Shown: in pieces, positions 25,750 to 36,500 of the stretch
Numbering within the stretch: position 1 is the first letter of the stretch
How the letters are laid out: each line of letters begins with the position of its first letter
Assembly (NCBI GenBank): GCA_964035545.1
Contig: OZ037766.1
Coordinates: forward strand, 24,544,126-24,608,125
Reading direction: 5' to 3'
Source: Bugula neritina
Taxonomy: Eukaryota; Animalia; Bryozoa
DNA: 64,000 nucleotides
Program-made: the position numbers and the translations under genes
Notes under the pieces: model-generated
Database searches by the model: none
What the model was told of the DNA's origin: nothing
What the model saw: the letters and a program-made list of their open reading frames with translations, nothing else

Positions 25750-27966
25750 GTTCCCACCCATTCGATAGACGTGTCTTTGGAGAACCAAGGCTAAATAGTT
25801 TTACTATACTACAGTGTAGCTTCCAAGTGACTAAGCTAGTATGTCACTACTCAAAACTATGCTACTGTTTTGCTACACTAACCTACCAAAAAATACTATG
25901 TTTTAGGGTTGTAGCAAGGTTGTTATTTTAGTACACGTGCTAAAGCTCATAGCAGTGCTACTATTATGCAAGCATTGTCAACTATGTTGTATTTTATAAT
26001 ATTTTGTTCTCGTAGATCAAGTGCGCCATGCAGGGTAATTCTATTGTAATATGTAATATTATTTAAGATATTTTTTGTTCTATCTTTACTAAAGTTATAT
26101 ATTTTATACATACAGCTCTCTTTCTGCTAACTTTTATTGTGATGTAATAACTGTTATTGCATAATCATGTTGACTTTTGTTACGAATGACCTAATTTAGA
26201 CTGTCTTTCTTGACCAGATGATGTAGGTGTCTCTCAACAATTTAGTCTCTTTTTAACCCGTTCTTTGTAACTACTTATTTATATTTTTGTAATCTTTTTT
26301 TCTATGTTTTTTTAGATATAATCATGTGTTGTACAAAGGCAATTTCAATGTTGTAAATTTTCTGTTAAAAAGTGTAACCTTTAATTTTTCCTGGCACTTA
26401 GATGGACAGCATGTGACTAGTGTTATAAGTAATAGCATGTTTACAAAAAATGTCGTCTATTGTTTGAACCTTACTACACCAAGTTTTCTAACCTTTGTCT
26501 ACTGACCATCAGCGTTAGACTGATTCTGCAGACTCTGCGTTGCAAATTTGGTGCTGTAAGATTCAAACTTTTAATTCAGACAAAAGTTTCACCAGTGTTA
26601 TGTCACTTGAATTGGTAATAAATAGGCATTGTTTTATCTCTAAGAAACATCACGATTCTGGGCTTGTGTTCAATAGTTTTTTGCAATAGATGGTGGAGCA
26701 CACACAAAAAATGTGGAAAGCCATGTTTTAGGAAAAAAGAATGAATGAGTGATTGTCATTTGTTGCTAGTTAGCCAAGTATTTTTTGTAGTTCTGGTGTT
26801 TTTGAAAATCAACTACACCCAATTATGGCCATACCGATAAACTGTTATAACCTACTTCATTGGCTCACAAATGGCACCATTTATTAGATAAAAATTAAAG
26901 CCCCTAAACTAATTTGCAATGCGATTAAATAATTTGCTGAGGTTGAATATGTAAGGAATGATTGAAGGAGTGAGGAATTCTCACTTTTGGCCCCCTTTAG
27001 CTTTGAGGGCTCACCCAACACTTCGCACGCTGACAAATAATGCCCATTTTTGTCTCATTTGATTTCGTAGACTAGGCTTTGGTGTGACATACAAGTTGAT
27101 TGTGTAAATACTAAGCATCACGAAAGCTGCATAACTCCCCACTTCATAATTTGACTCTAGGTCAAAGTGAAACTTTGTAAGAAATGATGCATAGTTCAAT
27201 ATTGCTTTTATTAATAAACATAAAATAGAAGAAATAACCAGATTGCACAAATGTAGTGTTTGGTGTACCATTGCGTTAGCAACAATGTGTTGAATTAGAC
27301 TACATAAAAAGGTTACAATTTCTTTCATCATTGGATAGGAAGAAAAAACACCAGCAGAAATACAACACAACATATTATAAGCTTGCATAACAGCTAGATA
27401 AAACACTAGCTTACTTTACCAGCATAAATATTATTTAGAAGACAACTACAAACTAAGGAGGAGTAATGAATCAACCTTAACATCAGTTTCATACTTTGCG
27501 TAGTAAAACTAGTTGATTATTAAACAAATTAAATAGAGTCAATATTAAATATAAAGAGATATCTGGTTACAGAAAATATTCTGAACAAAATGAGAAAGTG
27601 GCTGCACGATCTATTAAAAAATTACTTGAACTTCAAATGGTACAGCTCTATGCCACTAGTTTCTCACATTGAACAAAACATGCATTTTTACTGCTGCAAA
27701 TTTTAAGTAATACAAAATACATACAAAAATGATAAAATATGGAGTGTTGAGCACCTGCCCTTACTAAATAAGTAGAAAATACCTTAGAGTTAGGGCACAT
27801 GAATAAGGCTACAAGTAAAAGCACCTTGGGGTAAAAACAGTGCGCTGTTTGATTCACCAGTTAATCTTGTCATATGTTAGCAGGTTGTACACCGGTTGCT
27901 ATTGGTTACGACTATAATCCGGAACACATATATACTAGTTGCTTTTAAATATAGACGATGTATTAA

Positions 27967-30900
27967 TCAGCAGCCACATTTGTCTTTTCTGTCGTGCCCG
28001 CCAATGGCAGTGTAGCTTAGAACCTGAGGGTGGGTTGTGTGACTGTGAGCACCACTCATCTCATATCGTGAACCCATCATAGGCTTTGACTCCTGAGGGA
28101 AGTTAACAGTGACAGTTATTGAAGGTGAAAAATAAACCAATAGTTTAACATATGACTTATCTCAAACAGTGTCAGCAGGTGCAGGAATAATAACTGAGAA
28201 AGCCAGACCAAAAGAGAACAAACTTTTTTTACTCTTAATAAATTTGTTAGAACTTCAAGCTATAGACTCTTCTATTTTATCTAGCTCTTTCTAGCAAAAC
28301 ACATTAAAGATAACCAACCATTAAATTGAAAGTATTTGAAACTTCAAACTTTGACACTATAATATATTATTTGAAACCATTGAACATAGTGCAACATAAT
28401 TTATCAAATATTATTTCTAATAAACGACGCATTATAAAATGAAACACAAAAACTGTGCAAACCTTTAGTTTGTGAGCTATTGTCATGAATATAGAGTCAA
28501 CATGGTCTGCCTTGCTACTGTCTAGTGCACTAGTCTCAAACACCGGCATGTTGTATGAATCCGCAAACATCTGTGCCTCATTGCTAGAGACGGCAATCAG
28601 ACTGGACAAGTCACACTTGTTCCCTGAAATAGATTAGACAATATATTAGTAGTTGTCTTTTTCTTTTGACATTGCATATTGAGCATACAACTCCTAATTT
28701 CACCATAACTGGCACCAAAGGTCTGCTCTCAAATTAGCATTTTTTCACGAAAAGCAGTCATCAAAACTGAAATGGTAATGAAAGATGCAGAAGAGTAATT
28801 TTGTTAAATCACTGAGAAAATATGAGTATCCAATAAAATAATATCTGCCTTCACAGCTACTCTGTAAGGGAATGTGCTTGTCTATGAGGCTATTGATGTT
28901 GCCCAACATTCAAAACTTACTGCAGAAGTCCTTATCGCAGTCCACATAGAACTTACTACTTGAAAAAAATTGTCCAGATAAAATTTTTTAGCCCACTAAT
29001 ATAATTCATCTGAATTGAACATGGGTTCAAATATACGCAAATAAAAATATCCTGAATTACAAATGACCAAAAGCGAGCTATTGACGCTTCCGAACTTTCC
29101 AAAGGCGCAAGTTGCAATCATCATAGGACTTGAGATTGGAAAGTCAAACTTGCCTGAATAAAATATGCTAGCCCACTGGTAAAATTTGTCTAAAAATTAT
29201 TGAGAATTATGAGATTTTCAAATACAATACAGTCTCAAAACAACCTAAATGACAAATGAAAGCATTTTTATATTTTGCCCAATAAACACAACAACATAAC
29301 AGAATAGATGTCAAAAATAAATATAATCTTTCGATATATACCAATGTGTTTTGGACTATAGCTCTTTGATCCAGAAGACAGAAAGTGAAACTCACCTATG
29401 AGGACCCGAGGAACTTGATCATTGTTTAGACTATGTCGACTGTATTCAGTGAGCCAGCCCTTTAGACTGAGAAACGTCTCTCTATTAGTCATGTCATACA
29501 CATAGACAACTGCGTGTACGTTACGATAATAGTGGGGCACCTGAATGAGAACAGAAAACATGTGTGTATAGAGGAAGAGTATAGATGTATGCATATAAGC
29601 AGAGTATACAAGGTTAGTATGTGCAGTGCATATCAATTCAGAGTGACAAATTTATAGGAATTGCTATAGAAAACAAATTTCATCCTTGGGTTAACATTAA
29701 TGTACTATAGGTTAGTATGTAGCCCACAACTTTACTGAAAGAAGTCAAGCAGAATATTTCGAATATCTAATACATATTGACAGAAAGCTATGCTCAATAG
29801 ATATATGAGGAATAATATTATTTGCACTTGTTGATTTGTGGCTTGTGAGGAGTAAATGACAAAAATAAATGACAAAAAAATGACAAAAACACGTATTTAC
29901 TTTTACAATGCAATGTAAGCCTAACTCATGAAACATACAGTACAAGAACACTAAGTGTAAGTAGTACAGTGTGATGGCAAACTAAGACATATGTAACACA
30001 AGTAAACACAGTAGATATGTGCAAGAGCATAGTTACCATAGATCTTCTAAATCTCTCTTGTCCTGCAGTGTCCCATAACTGCAACTACAATGTTACAGTC
30101 AACTGGTCAATACAAAATTATTTATGATAGAAAATAAATCATTTTTCAATACTTCTATAGATGCCTGTCAAAATCACTACGACACGGTGTATTATGATGG
30201 TAGAGCTTTAAAAGATGTTGGTAGTTGTTTGAAGGCAGGTTATTAATAAGAACAATAAAACTAATCTGTTAACCATCAATATCAAACATCCTATAATATT
30301 CCCAGGCATTGATACTTTCAGTGTTCTAGTGGATTCTATCAATTTCTATTTGAATAATGGTCTCTATTAATATATAAATTTGTCCTTTAATAAAGGTGAT
30401 AAAAGTTTTAAGTGAAACATAGATTGTCATTTAAAATTGCAGTCATCTTGGCCCTCAGTAGGCTGGGCTTTGTACAAAATGCCAGGATACAATGACAAAA
30501 ATATTTGGTAAGCCTTTGCTAAACCAATGTGTAGCTATATTATCAAAGTTTCAAGTGAGAAAAGAACTGTGTTAATTTGTTAAAGTAACAACAAATAAGT
30601 CAGTCTAACTAATAACCTTGAAGCAAATGCTATTGCTGAGAAGAGATTAAAAAAAGTGACTCAATTCACTAAAGTTGATTTCAAAATAGCAATTTTCAAT
30701 AAAATATCACACATCAAGTTTGAATAATTCTACTGGTTGCAGTGGAAAAAGATTTACTATTTCACTATGATTGTTTTCAAAACCCTTTTCTTGCTTTCAA
30801 ATCACACAAAGAATGACAGCTCAATTGCAGATTCCTAGTCACAGTGAAAATTGGGTAACCACTATGATATATGATTTAATATCGAATTTTCTTTGTTTTA

Positions 30901-31793
30901 CCTGGAAAATATTAGTTGACGTATTTCACATTCTTATGTTACATGTTAATCACAAATCTTCATAAATAAAGACCCAGTAACAAATAATCTCAAATGAGAG
31001 CCAAGAAAGCATTAAGCCGAGGATTCTATTTGAGATAAAGTAATTTGGTAGACAAGCTCTGCCAATACTCTAAACACAATAGCTCAACTTTTACACTGGT
31101 AACCATGTATTTTACAGAAATTGCAAAAAATGAACCATGAACTTTCTTTATTGCTGATACTGAATGTAGATTAGATTTCATGTAGACAACAAAACCCTCC
31201 CTAATGAGAGATAGGCTGCATTGAATATGGAATCAGAGTATCTAATTCTGGTTTGATATGTAAAAAGCAGCTTGCCTAGCTTTACAGACAGACAAACAGC
31301 TTTTTGTTTACAGCTAGAGTTGTAAATATGAGCCAATCTCCAACAAATCTGTAACGCACCAAATCATATACCCTACCTTCAATTCCTCATCACCAATCTT
31401 TACGATTTTCTCCCTAAAGTCAACACCGATAGTTGCCTCCACTTTCCTTGGAAATTGCCCTTCACAGAACCTGTAGGTGAGACATGTCTTGCCCACATTA
31501 GAGTCTCCTATCACAATCACTTTGAATATACGAGGATCTTTCTTGGGATTTGTTCCAGTAGATTTACTTTGTGAGCTGCTGTTATCGGATGAGCTGTCCA
31601 TGCTGAATTTAGTGTCATTTGCCAAAGAGCTACTGGTAGTAGTGGAAGAGCTAGTAGTAGTAGTGGAAGAGTCACTGACAGTAACAGTTGCAGCTTTACT
31701 GGTAGTAACAGCGGTATTGTCAACAGAGTTTGTAGAATGTTCGGTTAATTTAGTGACACTTGTATCAAGTGCATCATCACTCACAGCAGTCAT
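27967..31793 (-). CDS. RAB33: Ras-related protein Rab33, 298 aa
   Basis: Exons 31793-31377, 30084-30037, 29540-29396, 28623-28463, 28092-27967. Motifs [68 protein letters not shown], and C-terminal CGC* prenylation motif. Non-coding exon 1 inferred upstream of the GTGAGT donor at 33389. Confidence 0.95.
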
Positions 31794-31851
31794 TACTTGC
31801 AGAGGGTCAACTGGCTATTCATTAAATAGTCTTTTTTACAAGCAGATTTCC

Positions 31852-33389
31852 CTAGAAAAAAATGAGAAAGTAAAAAGTTGAATGTGGACAAATTTAAAAT
31901 AGGAACAATTTGCAACACAATATATTTAGGCGATAACCTGTTAGAGTTTATATTAAGTTCAGTCAGATTTAATGAAAATTTATTTTATTTCATATTTTCA
32001 CATTTTAGTTTACTATCACCACCTGCAATTGTAAAGCTAAGCAAAAATTTCAGTTTCTGTAAGTGCCATTTTGATTTTGATTGCCATTCATTGCGATATC
32101 GATTGTCCAAGACTAATAATCATCACAATACGAATACCTCAAAGTTTAAGATGAAAAAGAATAAATAAGAACAAATTTCAACTAATACCCCTAGTTAAAT
32201 AAATAATAAAATACTACTAGTCTAGTACTAGTAGTAATACTAACCATTATACTTAGTCGGTACACTTACTCATTAGACTAATGATTAGATGGAAATGAAA
32301 ATCAAAAACTAAAAGTAAAAATTAAAATCATAAAAATGAAAATATTTGTAATGCTAATAGTAATACTAATAGTAATACTTATACAGTATAACTTACAGCT
32401 ATACTTACTATCACTATAAGTATAACATTAACATTAACTTTAAGTTTAACATAAACTATAACTATACCTTATACTATAAGTATAAGTATGACTAATAAAT
32501 TATTAGCATTACTAATACTAATAGTAACACTAATGTTAATACTACTAGTAATACTAAAGTTAAAGTTATACTTATACTTAATCATAATTGATATTAGTAA
32601 TACTAATGCCAATGGTGATAGTAATAAGTATTACTAATAGTAATAATAAAATTAAATATAATATTATTAATTATTATTATAAATATAATTATTATATTTA
32701 TTGATAGTAAATTCAATAAATACAATTTAATTATAATAATCATACTGATACTATTATCTAAAATATAAATTAACTATTATGTTTTAATTGATTGAATTTA
32801 TTTATTATTTAATAATTATAAAGTTAATCTAATTTAAATCTAATATGTAATAACTATGATTTAATTTTAATCATCAATTTAAAATTAATCATTAATCATA
32901 ATCGATTATCAATATCATAATGATAATCATAATTTTAAAGATATCAATAATCATAATGATTAGTCATAATCAAAATAATCATGATATTGATAATAATAAA
33001 TAATTATGATAAACATAATCATAATGTAAATGATAATGTAAATCCCAATTGAATGTATATTGTAATTGTATATTTTGAAAATGTGAGAATTTAAAACAAT
33101 ATGAATATTTCATTTGCAATATATTTGCACGATGCCTTCGTAGTTGTTATTTTGATTGTCTTACAGTTACTCATTGTCGTACCCATAGTCATTATGATTG
33201 CGGTAGTTACTTTGAAGTTTCAGTTTGATTATGATGGTGACTCAGCTAGCGTACACTCATACTTATAGTTATAAATACACGCAATCAGCAAAGCATGAAG
33301 TTGTTGTGATCACGTGGTTTTAAAAAAGCCATTTTTTTCAATAGCATAAACTTATTTGAATATTTTTAAAAAAATATTTATAAACTCAC
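31852..33389 (-). repeat. Rab33 5'UTR first intron with degenerate 6-bp-periodic sequence (about 32080-33280)
   Basis: Donor GTGAGT at 33389, acceptor TTTCTAG at 31852. Example from 32413: actata agtata acatta acatta acttta agttta acataa actata actata. Confidence 0.75.
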
Positions 33390-33583
33390 GCAAAATACAT
33401 TTATAATTATTGAGTTGAGGGAAAAATAAATTATCACCTCGAAATCTGCATCGCTCTTTAGCGTCAAAACGAGATTTTTATTGTAGAAGCTGCCATGTTC
33501 CTATAATTCATGCGGAGCAACTCTTCATTATTAGGTCAATCTTTCATAAATGTTCCCACATCGTGAATAGATTTTTTGCTACA
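33390..33583. promoter_or_regulatory. Compact bidirectional promoter and first exons shared by Rab33 and NAA15
   Basis: Only 194 bp separate the Rab33 exon-1 donor (33389) from the NAA15 ATG (33584). YY1-like GCTGCCATGTT at 33489-33499; CpG-richer than the flanks. Confidence 0.7.
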
Positions 33584-36500
33584 ATGCCTTCTAAAGATCC
33601 CCTGCCATCAAAAGAGAATACTCTTTTTAAGAAAATATTGGTAAGTTATGCGTAAATTCCTTGTATTTCACTATTTTCATTTTAATCACAATCAAATATA
33701 ATGATAATGAATATCATCAATGATAAATGGGCGAAGCCGAATGGCTATCCCGGAGAGTGAGCCCGAGGCTGATAAACTCTTGAAATTTAAGTCATTTACA
33801 ATTAATTCTAAATGTAAAACACTAACAGTAACACAGTCACTGATCAGGCTCAGCAATCACAATCACAATGGGCATGGCAATCTAAATCTAACGCAAAAAG
33901 AGATATTCATATTGAACGTAAAACTAAATAAAAATATCAATATGAATAATAAATTAATAATTTAAATTATTTACTGAATATCATTATTGATAAATTATCA
34001 ATATCATTATGATCATGGTTTGTTACCTGTCAATACCTGTCGATTTTATTTCCACACTGGACCTCCCTAGAGGGAAGAAGGGGTGTGCCTCATATAAAAA
34101 ACTAAGTTGTCAGTACTTGGACAGTAATCTAAAAAGTGTTAGCATTCTTGTGCAGATTAACTTAACAGGCTAACTAGCCTGTCTGTGTGTGATCAGTGCT
34201 GATCCTCATATCTCTTATTGTTCTTGGGAGAAAACTATAAAGATACCCATTCCTGTTCGCTCTCACTGATCTGGGAAATCCTGCAACCTGAGACCGAGTC
34301 TGTGCAGTGCTTGTGGTCCGCTGATCGGCATTATCATTATGATTATGATATTAATTATTATTATTTATTAATATGATTAATAAATTCAAATTGAAATTTC
34401 AAGAAATAAGGATAAGGAACAATTTTCAATTAACTGTTTAATAATTTAATTTTATATGAAATAAAAATAATTAATAGTATTAAATTTAATATTATTTATA
34501 AATATTGTCATAAAATTAAATGTCTGAGACTCATGTGGAACTAAAAGTAGATGCATAGCAGTATCATTATAATAGCCTAAATAGGTAATAAATTCTAGTG
34601 GTAATCATCATCATCATGTAAATTGCAATTATGAAATTGGATCATGGTCATTGTGATAGTTGTGTTTATAATGTTTATTATAATTAATATTATGAAAAAT
34701 AATTGCCCCCACTGGGAATCGAACCCGAGACCTCTGGCTTGCAAGCAAGTGTGCTAACCATTACACCACTGGGACCACTGGGTAAACTTATCACTACATC
34801 CCACCCAGTTCTCTGAACTCCACTGGCCTATCTACTACTCCTTCAGTCTTCAGGCTCTCCTGGCCTCTCAACCCCCTCAGTCTTCAGGCTCTCCTAGCCT
34901 CTCAACTCCCTCGGAGTACTACTACTGCTACACTTCACTACAGGCTGAAATAGCTTGAAAAATAATTGCCCCCACTAGGAATGGAACCCGCAACCTCTGG
35001 CTTGCAAGCAAGTGTGCTAACCATTACACCTTGGGGACCACTGGGTAAACTTATCACTACATATTATGCTAGTAAAAATAAAATTAATCATAATGATAAT
35101 GTATTTCTATTTGAAATTAATGACCGGTAGTGTTGGTCATACTCATATTGATAGTGACACTACTATTAGCACTACTACTGATAAGGGATAGACTGATGCT
35201 GATTGTGATAGTAATTAGTGATATTCATACTAAAAATAAAATTCTGGCAACTGCAATGAATACATAATATGATCTTAGAGTTACTGGTAGTGATACTGAT
35301 AGTGATAGCCTTAAGCATAGGGTTTAAAGTTAAAGTTAACCCAATACTAAAAATACTAATTCTAAGTGTAATGATAATATTAATAGTTATAGACAGAGTG
35401 AGAGTTGACCTGCTTATAATTATATTAATATGGTTATGTAATATGTATTAGATAGATCATTCATGTTTTGCATATTTTTTGTCAGTCTGCTATATATGTT
35501 TATTATAGAAATGTTATGAAGTCAAACAGTACAGGCAAGGCCTCAAACTAGCCAAACAAATTCTCTCTAATCCCAAGTTTGCTGAACATGGAGGTAGGCT
35601 GATGCCCTTTATTGACATTGGATTTAGTTTTGCATTATTTTGACACAACATATAGTTTTCAATTCACATATTTTGGTAATTCCTAAATCTTATGAGCAAG
35701 TAATATGTGAAAAGTTTATTAATCTGGTTTGATGCATATTTGTATTTTGTGTAAGCACAAAAACTAATGTATGAGGATTTATAAAATGAGTTCACACATG
35801 CTGGCGTAACATTGTAGCACAACATAGGTAATATAATGAAGTAGAACTAGCGTTACTTCAAACCCATAAATTTTATGAGATTGTTATTGTGTTTGTTATA
35901 TTTTTTACTTTGCTTTCAGAAACACTGGCTATGAAAGGCCTTATATTAAATTGTGTGTCGCGCAAGGAAGAGGCATATGATCACGTAAAAAGGGGGTTGA
36001 GAAACGACCTTACTAGCCATGTCTGCTGGCACGTGTTTGGGCTGCTCCAGAGGTCCGACCGAAAGTACGACGAGGCCATCAAAGCGTACAGGAATGCCCT
36101 GAGGTGGGACAAGGATAACCTGCAGATAATGAGGGACCTCTCCCTGCTGCAGATACAAATGAGAGACTATGACGGATATCGGGTAAGTTTACTGCTGGAC
36201 ATTCAACACTTAGTACCTGCCTTAGCAAGTCCCTAAAATAATTGAGAATCTAATTAACAGAGAGAATTGAAAATTATAACAGAATATCATATGCTGTCAT
36301 GCGCACTATTTAGTACTTTTCTTATACAGTTGAAATGTTGTCTGTTCATGTTATGTATGGCTCTGTGTGACTCTTTCAAGCCAGGCAACTCTTCTCAAAC
36401 TTACCTACTTCCTGTTTTATAGGAAACCAGACAGAGGTTGTTGGAGCTGAGACCGGGTCAAAGGGCGTCCTGGATTGGCTATGCAATATCATGGCATTTG

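Noticed and set aside
27011-27406. 131-aa minus ORF
   Set aside because: Lies in the probable Rab33 3'UTR region; AT-rich with no domain features.
31477-31881. Antisense ORFs over Rab33, NAA15 and ST13 exons
   Set aside because: Shadows of real coding exons on the opposite strand.
33720-33965. ORFs within periodic tracts (also 31878-32168, 35269-35451, 54730-55011)
   Set aside because: By-products of 3/6-bp periodicity inside first introns; low-complexity I/N/L/K translations.
34705-34776. Functional tRNA gene (TGC/GCA anticodon)
   Set aside because: Anticodon arm has a mismatch and a 6-nt loop, the T stem is imperfect, and the sequence is duplicated as LTRs with a TSD; tRNA-derived, not a tRNA.
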